From a virus: a stretch of 64,000 nt of DNA. The position numbers were made by a program, and so were the translations under genes. The stretch spans positions 55,981 to 119,980 of the IMG/VR virus record IMGVR_UViG_3300042397_001782; one strand, 5' to 3'. Shown here one piece after another: positions 54,598 through 64,000 of the stretch. The number at the start of each line of letters is the position of its first letter. Position 1 is the first letter of the stretch. Below the pieces are notes generated by a model. It did no database searches. It saw nothing but the letters and a program-made list of their open reading frames with translations, and had not been told where the DNA came from.

Positions 54598-57204
54598 ATG
54601 AAAGAATTATTATTAAAACTTGCTAAAGTTAAAAATGAGAAGGAATTCTATAAAAAGTATCCTACTCAAGAAGCATTCTTTAAGGCACATCCTGAAGCAA
54701 AAGAAATTATTGCTCAGTATCAGCAAGAAATGATGGCAAATTCCCAAGAAGAAATGCAAGGTAATCCTGAAGCATCTATGGAAAAAATGGCACAAGGAGG
54801 TTTGATAAGAAGAGCAGATGGCTCTTACTCTCAAAGAGGGTTATGGGATAACATAAGAGCTAACAAGGGTTCAGGTAAAAAACCTACAAAAGAAATGTTA
54901 GAGCAAGCTAAGAAAATCCAAGCAGAAGAAATGATGTATGGAGGAATGATAGATGAATACGGAAATGGAGGTTACACTGTAAGAAGAAGTAATGATAGAA
55001 AAGGTAAAACACACGTTGTTACTGGCCCTGATGGTACTAAAAAATATTTCGGGGATCCTAATATGGGTGAAAGAAGTAAATCTAAGCATGGTAAAGAAGC
55101 TTTTTATGCGAGACATAAAACAAATTTAAAAAATAACCCTTATTTTAGAGCTTATGCAAGATCAACTTGGGAAGATGGAGGAATTCTTCCTGATATGCAA
55201 CAATTAATGTTAGCAGGACAAGACATGTATAATATGGGAGGATATGTAGAATATCCTACAATGTACCCTGGAGGGGGAATGATAGCAGGTCCTATGATGG
55301 GGTATGTAGATAATTTTAACTATGCTATGGGAGGAAGAATGTATGAGCAAGGCGGCATGATAAATAGCATGACACAAGGTATTCCTGTACAGACAGAAAC
55401 ATTTGAAGGACAGGCAGAACAAGTTGCTTTGCCTGATGGTACAATTAAGTCAGTAGATGCTACTACTACTCATGAAAATATGTCAGACGGAGAAGTAACA
55501 GATGTTTTACCAGGAGGTTCGCATATTCAAAGTGCTCGTAATAAACTTACTACTGATCAGTATGCACAGTTAATGCAAATGTTTAATCCTGAGAGTGCCG
55601 AACAAGATATTAAAAAATTATCACAAGTATATCAAAATAAATATGGTAAGAAGAATGGTAAAAAACTTTCTCCTGCTGATATTTCAGAATACGCTAAAAA
55701 TAAATACCAAACAAAATCTACTCCAAATGCATTTGATACTGATAAATTAAAAGAAGGAAATAAAAAAGCCTACTTGGAATTGAGTATGCAAATGAATGAT
55801 TTGATAAAGTCAGGAAAAGAAATTGCTGAAGGTAAAATGCCTGAACAAACACCAATGATGGCTTGGGGAGGAAATGTAAATAAATATGTTGGTGGAGGAG
55901 AAATTGATACTTTTTTAAGCCAATTATTAACCCCAGAAACCACTAATCTAATTAAAAACACTACTTTTGATGAAAGTAGAGGAAAATATAGATTAAATAT
56001 GGAGCCTAATATGAGTTTGCAGGAAAAAATGGGTTTAGCTGATGCTGCGGAAAGATTTGGTATCAATAATTTAGTACAAGGAAGAAATAAAGATTTTCCT
56101 AATTTTGTAGGGGGATTTACTCCACAAGATTTTGAAAAAAGAATTGTATATGCTAATGAAGGACCTAAAGGTTTAGAGAATAAATCAGATCTTGAAATAA
56201 GAAAAAAAGCTTTAAACTTAATGGGATACAAAGGTAATCTAAGTGATACTCAATTAAGTGATGTAAAGTCTTTATATAATGATCCTAGATTTAAAGAAAT
56301 CTATTCAAGTTTTACCAATTACCTTCCTTCTGATAAATTTAGAAAAACAAGAGGTAATGATTTTATGATGGGTGCTGAACATTTTGATGCTTTAGGAAAT
56401 TATGTAGAACCTCAGCCAATAACGGCTACACCAGCAATAATTGCTCAAACTCCTGGAGAAAAAGTTGCTGGCCCACAATTAGGTGCAACAACTCCTGTGT
56501 CACCAGCGGCCAGAATTCCTATGCAAAATAGATTTAACTTTGGATTACTTGAAGGTCAATTAGGTAGAGGTTTACAAGGTAATCAAGCTTACTTAAATGC
56601 AGCTATGAGTTTATCTCCTGTTTATACAATGGAAACACCTGATACTTTTATTAGAAGCAGAAGAAATGAAATTCCTATAGGAAATATATTATATAATATT
56701 GAAAGAGCACAAAGAAACTCTGCTAATGCTTTAGCAAATCAAACAGGAGATTGGAGCACATTGGCAGGTAATATTGCTAATGCTGGAGCACAAGCTTATA
56801 ATCAAATAGGAGATACTTTAAGTGCTCTAAATGAGAAAAATCTAGGGTTATATAATACAACTCAAGACTTACAACAAAATCTATTGAGCTCTAATGTAGG
56901 GGTAAGAAATCAAAATCTTACCAACATGCAAAATATGATGAATTATAAAAGGAACTTATCTGGACAAAAAGCTGTTAAAGATGCAGAACTATATTCTAAA
57001 TATGTAAAATCTATGTCTGAAAATTCTCAAGAAGAACAAAATCAAAAACTAGCAATGTTAAATATTATGGCTTCTAAACCAGATATGTTTAAAGGAGAAC
57101 AAGGACAAAGATTTGCAAATCAGATTATGGGTAATTACGGATCTTATAATAATCCTTTTGCAGGATCAGTATTAGATTTTGGATTAAGTAATTTATTTAA
57201 ATAA
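54598..57204 (+). CDS. Second GG-punctuated putative cargo protein
   Basis: ATG 54598 preferred; EFYKKYPTQEAF N-terminus; many [MYW]xxGG motifs; Q/N-rich helical C-terminus. Confidence 0.8.
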   Translation: MKELLLKLAKVKNEKEFYKKYPTQEAFFKAHPEAKEIIAQYQQEMMANSQEEMQGNPEASMEKMAQGGLIRRADGSYSQRGLWDNIRANKGSGKKPTKEMLEQAKKIQAEEMMYGGMIDEYGNGGYTVRRSNDRKGKTHVVTGPDGTKKYFGDPNMGERSKSKHGKEAFYARHKTNLKNNPYFRAYARSTWEDGGILPDMQQLMLAGQDMYNMGGYVEYPTMYPGGGMIAGPMMGYVDNFNYAMGGRMYEQGGMINSMTQGIPVQTETFEGQAEQVALPDGTIKSVDATTTHENMSDGEVTDVLPGGSHIQSARNKLTTDQYAQLMQMFNPESAEQDIKKLSQVYQNKYGKKNGKKLSPADISEYAKNKYQTKSTPNAFDTDKLKEGNKKAYLELSMQMNDLIKSGKEIAEGKMPEQTPMMAWGGNVNKYVGGGEIDTFLSQLLTPETTNLIKNTTFDESRGKYRLNMEPNMSLQEKMGLADAAERFGINNLVQGRNKDFPNFVGGFTPQDFEKRIVYANEGPKGLENKSDLEIRKKALNLMGYKGNLSDTQLSDVKSLYNDPRFKEIYSSFTNYLPSDKFRKTRGNDFMMGAEHFDALGNYVEPQPITATPAIIAQTPGEKVAGPQLGATTPVSPAARIPMQNRFNFGLLEGQLGRGLQGNQAYLNAAMSLSPVYTMETPDTFIRSRRNEIPIGNILYNIERAQRNSANALANQTGDWSTLAGNIANAGAQAYNQIGDTLSALNEKNLGLYNTTQDLQQNLLSSNVGVRNQNLTNMQNMMNYKRNLSGQKAVKDAELYSKYVKSMSENSQEEQNQKLAMLNIMASKPDMFKGEQGQRFANQIMGNYGSYNNPFAGSVLDFGLSNLFK

Positions 57205-57219
57205 TTAAATTAATAATTA

Positions 57220-58629
57220 ATGAGTCAAAGAAGAAACCAAGCAGGTATGTTTCCTGGAGCTTTTGGAGGGTTTTCTAGAATTGGAGAACAAGAGATGTAT
57301 GACCCTACTTGGGCCAATATAGATTTTGCAGATTTTAAAGGATTAGATATGAATCTAATAAATGAAAATGCTAAATTTTCTCAAGAAGTAGCAAACGATA
57401 GGTTAAAAGATATTTTAAAGCAAAGAGATGCTATTTTAGATAAAGTAAAATTACATAAAAGATATAGTGATTTACAAGGACAATTGGATAATAAGCTAGG
57501 ATCTATTATAGATAATATGGGTAATGTTCAATTATCTGATGCTGCAAATTACACTGCGTTAAATACTAATTTAATTAAAACTAAAAATGACCCTGTTTTA
57601 CAAAATGCTGTAAAAGTTTCAGAAGAGGCTATGGCTTATGAAAAATATAAATCAGAACACCCTGAAATTGCAGATCAAGCTTGGAATAATGGAGGATTAG
57701 AAAACAATAATGAAATTAATTTTCAAAGATTTTTGAGAGGAGAAACAAATGATTTTCAGTTCAATCCAGTATATAAAGAATACGATTTACAGGCTAAAGC
57801 AGATGCTTTTGCTAAAGATCTTCCTGCTGAAGAGAGAAACTCTATAGAGAAGTATGGAGTATATGGATTGCAAGAAAAAGCAGTAGAAGATAAATCAGTT
57901 GCAAGAGTTCAACAAGCTTTTGAAGGATTTAAACAAGGTTTGATGCAAGATCCTGAATTTCTATCTTGGTATAATAGAAGAGGTAAATATGAGCAAAATA
58001 GAGGAGGAAGTATTGATGACGTAATTAATAATATGTTTAAATCTTCTGCTGCTAGATATGGTACATCTACACCAAATATTAAAGTAAGTATGCCTAGAGA
58101 AAACCCTGATATTGGAACGAGAATACAAATTGCTGAAAATGCTAGAGCTCAGGGAAGATATGATGCAGAGGTAGAAGAAGGTACTTTAGGTGGAGGAAGG
58201 GGTAACAATTCTGCTACAGGGCAACCTTATGTAAATTATAATGATAGTACTTTTAATCCTGTAGGTAATGAAACCACTTTAATTCAGGCAGATAAAATAA
58301 ATACATTAAAAAATTTATTAAACAAATCTCAACAAACAGGAAGCGAGGGGGCTAAACCTATTTTATTATCAGATCCTAATAAAGATAATATAGTTAGAGA
58401 TAAGAAAAAAGAAGCAATAAGATATACCTCAGAGTATCAGCCAACAGGTTATTTTACAAAAGGTAATAATAATAATGTTTTTGTAGAAGTAAAAGGAAAA
58501 GACGATAAAATATATTATGTTCAGTATGATCAAGGTACTTTTGAAAGAAATGTAGTAGGAGTTCCTGCTAATACTACTACTTCAACTAACACTAATACAG
58601 ATCCTTTAGGATTAGGAATAAAAAAATAA
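57220..58629 (+). CDS. Putative ejected/cargo protein (469 aa)
   Basis: Helical; cargo-gene context; ends TDPLGLG. Confidence 0.75.
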   Translation: MSQRRNQAGMFPGAFGGFSRIGEQEMYDPTWANIDFADFKGLDMNLINENAKFSQEVANDRLKDILKQRDAILDKVKLHKRYSDLQGQLDNKLGSIIDNMGNVQLSDAANYTALNTNLIKTKNDPVLQNAVKVSEEAMAYEKYKSEHPEIADQAWNNGGLENNNEINFQRFLRGETNDFQFNPVYKEYDLQAKADAFAKDLPAEERNSIEKYGVYGLQEKAVEDKSVARVQQAFEGFKQGLMQDPEFLSWYNRRGKYEQNRGGSIDDVINNMFKSSAARYGTSTPNIKVSMPRENPDIGTRIQIAENARAQGRYDAEVEEGTLGGGRGNNSATGQPYVNYNDSTFNPVGNETTLIQADKINTLKNLLNKSQQTGSEGAKPILLSDPNKDNIVRDKKKEAIRYTSEYQPTGYFTKGNNNNVFVEVKGKDDKIYYVQYDQGTFERNVVGVPANTTTSTNTNTDPLGLGIKK

Positions 58630-58642
58630 ATTAAATTTACAA

Positions 58643-61600
58643 ATGACTAGAACTGAATTTCTTACAAATATAAGAACAAAATATCCTCAATATAATAATA
58701 TTGACGATAATACTCTTTTTAATAAAATAATTGAAAAATATCCTGTATATAAAAATCAAATTACAGATTTTAACACTCAACAAACCCCAAAACAACAAGC
58801 ACCTGTACAGCAAAACAAAGTTGCTACAGTAAAAAATCAGCCTACTCAAAAAGAGGAGCCAAGTATTTGGGAGAAAACAAAAAGTTTTTTAGGGTTTGGA
58901 GAAGAAGAAACTAAACCTGTAACTACTGCAAAAAAACAACCTGTTACAAAACCTCTTATTAGTCAAGAGTTTGTGGAAAAACTTCCAGAAACTGGTTATC
59001 AGGCACCTAAAGAAACTATTAGTATTTTAGATAATGAGTATGAAAAGAAAAAGAAAGCAGTAGAGGATAAATATAATGCTTTGCAAAATGCTAAAAGTAA
59101 CGTTGAAATATCTAGTTTTTCAGGAGGAATGGGAAGTCAGCCTTCTATAAGATATAAAGTAAATTACAATCAACAAAAACAGTTAGAGTTAGATGCACTA
59201 GATGTAGAAAAAGCAAAAAAACAAGGTAAAAATATTACTCCTGTAGAACAAACCTATTATGGAGTTAAATATGATGAAGCAAAAAAAGCTTCGCAAACTA
59301 AAATTGAAACTTTATCTAAACAAAAGAAAAGTTACAAAGAAGAGTTGGGGAAAGTGGAGGGATTCGCTATGGGTGCAGGAAAAATTATTGGAGGTATAAC
59401 TACAGGTAATCTAGGAATGATAGGAAGAGATGCTTATGCTTCAGTGTTTGGAGCAATAAAAGCAATAAAAAATACTTGGGATCATAACACACAAGTAGAT
59501 GCTCAAATTGCAGAGGAAGAAAGACAAGTACGTCAAACCGAAAGAAAGATAGAACTTAATAAATCAGGGGTATCTGTGTTTAAAAACGTAGACTTAACAA
59601 ATGATGCAGAAGTAATTAAAGCAGCATCATTGATTGATCCTACAATAAAAAGTGATATTAAAGAAGCTAGAAAAAAAATTGGAGAAGAGACCACAAAGCT
59701 TTTCCCTACTGCAATAAAACAAACTAAAGTAAAGGATACAGGGTTTTTATCCGAATTACCTGACTTTAGCTCAATTAACCCAACTATAGCTTTAATAGAA
59801 GGATTTATAAATTATACAAAAGTGGGTAAATTTAAAAACCTTACTTATGAACAATACCAAAGACAAGCGTTAGAAAAATCTCTTAGGGTTCTTGAAAATG
59901 AACAAAATATTGAGTTAACCTCTTATTATGATGATATTCAATCCTCTATTGGGGTACCAAAAACAAAAGTTAATACAAAAATTAACGAGTATATAAATTT
60001 ATCTAATGGATTTAATATAAATGAATTACCTATAGAAGATCAAAAATTATTTAATAATCCTAGTTTTCAAGCATTAGCAAATGTATTTGTAAACAGAAGT
60101 ATTCCTGCAATAGGCGAAGATAAGAAAAAAATCATATCTATGGCTAATATGGATAAGTTTATAGGAGAGAAAAGAAAACTTTTCGGAAATTTAAATAAAG
60201 TGGAAAACATAGGAAAAGAAGAAGCTGTTGCTTCTGCTATTCTTGATAAAAATTTAGAAGAACAAGGTACTTTTAGTTCAGCAGGATTTGATAATTTACT
60301 TTATAATAGTACTAAGTTTTTAACACGATCGGGAGATTTTGTAGTAAATCAAACTGCTGCTGGTGCTCAAATTATTTCTCAAGTTGCTACAGCAGATAAA
60401 TATACTCCAAAATGGACTGAGAAAATTCTTGATAACACAGACTTATTTGATAATCTTACTCAAGAAGATAGCCATTTTAAATTAGACTTCTTAAAAGATG
60501 ATAAATATTATATAGGAGAAACCCCTTCAGGTATAAAATACCACGCAAAGTTAGATGCAGATATGGATATTGAGAATGCATTTGGAGGAGGGTTTGAATA
60601 CACTATTAATAATCCTGAAGTAATGGAAGAAATTGCTAAGGATTTCTATGCTAATAAAGAAAAATATGTAGCTAGTGCTAAAACTTTAGCAGATATTGAA
60701 GGAGGTACTTCTGTTTTTATAGAAAACTTATGGAATAGTGTACAAAAAGAATTCGCTCAAGAAATTCCTTCATTAATTGTTGAAGGAGGGGCAGGTAGAG
60801 TTGTAGGAGCAGCCATTGGAACTATTTCTGATGCAGATAAAGCTAGGAGAGTAGCTAGAGGAGCTGATTTTTTAATTAATACTGCAAGTGCCATGACCGA
60901 AATGTATCCTTCTATATATAAAAAGTATAAGGAAGCAGCGGAGGATAAAGATAATCATATGCCTGCTTTATTGGCTTCAGGGGCATTAGCAATGGGTACT
61001 TATATGACTTCTTTCTTGCAGTCAAAAGCTATTGGATTAAATGGAGATTTTAGTACTCAAAGAATTATGCCTGGAGCTATAGATGCTACTTTAGAAACAG
61101 CAAGAATTCTTAGAAAAGAATTGGCCAACGTAGCTGATTTATCATTAAGAGAAAAACTTTTCAATGCAAATCTAAGAAAAGCTATGTATCAAAATGTGAT
61201 GAAAGTTGCAGGACAATCTATGAAAGATGCTGCTAGATCTGGATTGGAAGAAGGTGCTGAGGAAGTTATTTTAGAACCACTTATTAATCTAGGAGTAAAC
61301 TTCTTGAATGAAAAAATTACAGGAGATAAAGCTTATAATCAAGAAAGTTTGGCAGATTTAAATTTTTTAGACCCAAACACTGCAGCAGTATCTGCATTGA
61401 CTGGAAGTAGTTTATCTACAGGAATGGATTTGATGAAAGCTATGACTTCAAAAAATCCATATTCAAGAGAGGATTATTTAAAAGCAGCCTTTGAAAATGA
61501 AGCTACCTTTACTTCTTATGTAGATGTAATGACAGAAAGTAGTAGTAATAAATTTTCTAAGGAAGATCAAGCTAAAATGATGACTGATTATAAAGCACTA

Positions 61601-64000
61601 AAAGATGCTTATAATGCTAAAAAATCTGAACTTGGTGTAAATGAAGAAGCTCTTTCTACATTAAACTTTAAAAACCCTATCATTAAATCAATGATGGGTA
61701 ATATAGGACTAAGAGAAGAAGATTTAGAAAAAGTAAACAGTGAAAAGACTTTTGATAATGCTATTATCAGACAATCTCTTAATGAAAGAGATTTGGCTGA
61801 AAAGAAAATTGCATTGGATGAAGAAGTTGAAAAAGGAAATTTAACTGTTAATGCACAAGGAGCCTACAAAACAGTAGGGTCAAATCCTTTGACAAAGGAA
61901 CTAGAAACTAAAGTATCTGAATTTGAAAAACTACAATTAAGTAGCAATAATTTGTCTACTTTTATAGACACTTTTAACAAAGGTACTAAAAATGTACAAA
62001 AAGAGTACGTTTTGGAGATGGACGAAGCTACTTCTGCGGCACCTGATATTTTAGATGTTAAAAATAGTTCAGAAGGTAGTTATGCTTACAAGGCATTAAG
62101 TACTTCTGTCATGGATAAGCAAATGGCAGTGTCTCAATTAGCTGAAGTAAACACTAAGATAAATGATGCTAAACTAGATGGCCAAGATACTAAAGATCTA
62201 GAAGTTACTAAAAAAGAATTAGAAACTACTATAAAGAATAGTGATAAAGCAATTAATAACATTAAAAAACAATACAAAGCAGGTAGAACAGAGACTCAAT
62301 TAGAAGTAGAATCTAAGTTGAGAGATGTAAATACTGCTCAATCTGTTTTAGCAGAAAAATTGCGTATCCTTGCTCAAGTAGAAGCTTCTGGAGAAGAAGT
62401 GGATAACTCTGAAGTAGATCAAGTATTTTCTGAATATGAGAATACAGTAAAAGAATTAAACAAAGCTAACAACAAACTTAAAAAAGGGTATGGAGTTAGC
62501 TTAGTGAATAAAGAATATAAGCCTATGACAAGGCAAAGTTTTACTGAATTAAAAGAAAAAATTAAAGAAAAAAATGTTGTATCAGAGAAAGTAGCTGGGG
62601 GAAAAGCTACTTTAGGAGAATTAGAAAGTTTGTTAAGTCTAGAATATGAAACAGGTTCTAAAGAATTTACAGGAAGAACAGATATAACTACACCTAAAAC
62701 AAAGGAAGATATTGATGCTATTTTATCCAATAATGAACAACTTTATGAAGTGGCAAAAAGACTTGGTTTAGATAATAAAAAATCTTTAGCTCAAACTAAA
62801 AAAGCAGTTAAATCTTATCTTACAAAACAATTATCTTCTCAAGACGAGACTAAATTGGAAAGTATTTCTGCAATATTTTCACCAAAAACAGTGGTACAGA
62901 AAAATGGAAGTACATTATTTGAGGTGAATGGCGAATTGTTCTTACCTGTAGGTAATACAACGTCTATGGCTACAATGAGTGAGGAGGAAAAAAACACTGT
63001 ATTGACAAATGCTGTTATTACTGAAATAGCTAAACAAATATTTAATAATGCTTTAGTTTATACCCCATATAATCTTAGACAACTTATAAACAAAGTTATA
63101 GTTGATTCAGGGTTTGATACTGAAATTTCAATTAATGAAAACACTTTGAATATTATTATTGCTACTATTTCAGAGTTAAAATCAGACTTAGATGCTAATG
63201 GGTTTGCTTATAAGTTAAATGACGATGTAGTTACAAGTAATTTTCTATATCTATCTTTTGATAGAGGATATGAAGGAATGTCTACCCCACCTATATTAAC
63301 TGTAGTGGATAATGAAGGAAATGTACATTTAATTGATTTCCGATCATACTCTGATAATTATGTTGCAGATACTAATACATGGTCCAAAGAGCTTACAGAA
63401 ATGCAAGGGATTTTTGCTGATAATGGTATATCAGTATCTTCAATTAATGTATTACCAATACGAGTAAATAACTCTTATAGTACTGCAAACGGCTTAACTA
63501 CCTTAAATATAAATAAACAATCTTTTAATGTTATAGCTAACAATGATAACCCTATTAGTAAAACTCTTTTACAGTTGGCCAATGACCTACCTACTTTAGA
63601 AAATCTACAAGAAGAAGGTCTTTTAACAGAGGAAGAAGTAGAAGAATTTGCGCTTATTCCTATGGAAGAAGGAGTTACTGAAGATAAAACGGTAGAGAAA
63701 GAATTACCTTTTACAGAGCAAGAGTATGATGAAATGGTTTCAAATGAATTTGAAAATGTTAGTGATACTATAGTAGAAAAACTAAGAAATAAAATTACTA
63801 ATGGAGAGAAATTATCTCCAAAAGAGTTTGATGTTGTTAGTTTTGCAGAAGGAAAATTCACAGAAGAAGAAATCTCAAAAGCAAGAGAAAAATACATTGA
63901 AATTGATTTAACTCCTATAGATATTCCTACTACTGAAGAAGAAATAAAAGCAGAAGAAGTAAATAAGCCTGCGGAAACTATTGGAGAAAATATAATAGAA
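58643..64000 (+). CDS. Giant putative virion cargo protein, partial (>1780 aa)
   Basis: ATG 58643, MTRTEFLTNIRTKYPQY...IIEKYPVY; spot-checked in frame to the window end; absent from the track, consistent with no stop; EEGAEE motif near 61247. Confidence 0.8.
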   Translation, partial: MTRTEFLTNIRTKYPQYNNIDDNTLFNKIIEKYPVYKNQITDFNTQQTPKQQAPVQQNKVATVKNQPTQKEEPSIWEKTKSFLGFGEEETKPVTTAKKQPVTKPLISQEFVEKLPETGYQAPKETISILDNEYEKKKKAVEDKYNALQNAKSNVEISSFSGGMGSQPSIRYKVNYNQQKQLELDALDVEKAKKQGKNITPVEQTYYGVKYDEAKKASQTKIETLSKQKKSYKEELGKVEGFAMGAGKIIGGITTGNLGMIGRDAYASVFGAIKAIKNTWDHNTQVDAQIAEEERQVRQTERKIELNKSGVSVFKNVDLTNDAEVIKAASLIDPTIKSDIKEARKKIGEETTKLFPTAIKQTKVKDTGFLSELPDFSSINPTIALIEGFINYTKVGKFKNLTYEQYQRQALEKSLRVLENEQNIELTSYYDDIQSSIGVPKTKVNTKINEYINLSNGFNINELPIEDQKLFNNPSFQALANVFVNRSIPAIGEDKKKIISMANMDKFIGEKRKLFGNLNKVENIGKEEAVASAILDKNLEEQGTFSSAGFDNLLYNSTKFLTRSGDFVVNQTAAGAQIISQVATADKYTPKWTEKILDNTDLFDNLTQEDSHFKLDFLKDDKYYIGETPSGIKYHAKLDADMDIENAFGGGFEYTINNPEVMEEIAKDFYANKEKYVASAKTLADIEGGTSVFIENLWNSVQKEFAQEIPSLIVEGGAGRVVGAAIGTISDADKARRVARGADFLINTASAMTEMYPSIYKKYKEAAEDKDNHMPALLASGALAMGTYMTSFLQSKAIGLNGDFSTQRIMPGAIDATLETARILRKELANVADLSLREKLFNANLRKAMYQNVMKVAGQSMKDAARSGLEEGAEEVILEPLINLGVNFLNEKITGDKAYNQESLADLNFLDPNTAAVSALTGSSLSTGMDLMKAMTSKNPYSREDYLKAAFENEATFTSYVDVMTESSSNKFSKEDQAKMMTDYKALKDAYNAKKSELGVNEEALSTLNFKNPIIKSMMGNIGLREEDLEKVNSEKTFDNAIIRQSLNERDLAEKKIALDEEVEKGNLTVNAQGAYKTVGSNPLTKELETKVSEFEKLQLSSNNLSTFIDTFNKGTKNVQKEYVLEMDEATSAAPDILDVKNSSEGSYAYKALSTSVMDKQMAVSQLAEVNTKINDAKLDGQDTKDLEVTKKELETTIKNSDKAINNIKKQYKAGRTETQLEVESKLRDVNTAQSVLAEKLRILAQVEASGEEVDNSEVDQVFSEYENTVKELNKANNKLKKGYGVSLVNKEYKPMTRQSFTELKEKIKEKNVVSEKVAGGKATLGELESLLSLEYETGSKEFTGRTDITTPKTKEDIDAILSNNEQLYEVAKRLGLDNKKSLAQTKKAVKSYLTKQLSSQDETKLESISAIFSPKTVVQKNGSTLFEVNGELFLPVGNTTSMATMSEEEKNTVLTNAVITEIAKQIFNNALVYTPYNLRQLINKVIVDSGFDTEISINENTLNIIIATISELKSDLDANGFAYKLNDDVVTSNFLYLSFDRGYEGMSTPPILTVVDNEGNVHLIDFRSYSDNYVADTNTWSKELTEMQGIFADNGISVSSINVLPIRVNNSYSTANGLTTLNINKQSFNVIANNDNPISKTLLQLANDLPTLENLQEEGLLTEEEVEEFALIPMEEGVTEDKTVEKELPFTEQEYDEMVSNEFENVSDTIVEKLRNKITNGEKLSPKEFDVVSFAEGKFTEEEISKAREKYIEIDLTPIDIPTTEEEIKAEEVNKPAETIGENIIE

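Noticed and set aside
6707-63897. Numerous minus-strand ORFs of 60-150 aa antisense to the plus-strand genes
   Set aside because: They overlap well-supported genes and have the Ser/Phe/Leu-rich composition typical of antisense shadows
1-64000. Stop-codon reassignment (TAG or TGA), known in some crAss-like phages
   Set aside because: Genes are long and intact in code 11; TGA and TAG terminate genes at overlapping junctions (6747, 6938, 9854, 10852)

Overview
AT-rich fragment of a large crAss-like (Crassvirales-type, podovirus-like) phage of a Bacteroidota host, read in the standard genetic code. Host inference rests on TAnnTTTG promoters and A-rich leaders without Shine-Dalgarno sequences. 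Layout: (1) small minus-strand early-type genes (1-2902); (2) a ~1.2 kb divergent non-coding region with phased repeats, C-rich then G-rich tracts and iteron-like repeats; (3) a plus-strand run to the window end. That run contains a RepL-like gene, HU/IHF-like, DUF1573, ClpP-like and SET-domain genes, terminase, portal, putative scaffold, major capsid protein and a degenerate tRNA(CAT). It continues with a ~16 kb Cys-rich modular fibre/LRR/beta-helix/collagen block containing phoH, a double lysis cassette, a ~650 bp structured non-coding locus, a metallophosphoesterase, tail genes and very large putative ejected (cargo) proteins, the last of which is truncated by the window. The strongest candidates for undescribed biology are: (a) cargo polyproteins divided into kinase-like, zincin, GNAT-like and small basic modules by recurrent xxGG motifs and a 190-bp DNA repeat; (b) a promoter-driven ~300-nt structured RNA next to a ~70-nt RNA whose 5' region is complementary to it; (c) a 3'-UTR sequence antisense to the leaders of several phage genes. 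All product calls come from motif recognition by eye; no searches were run.
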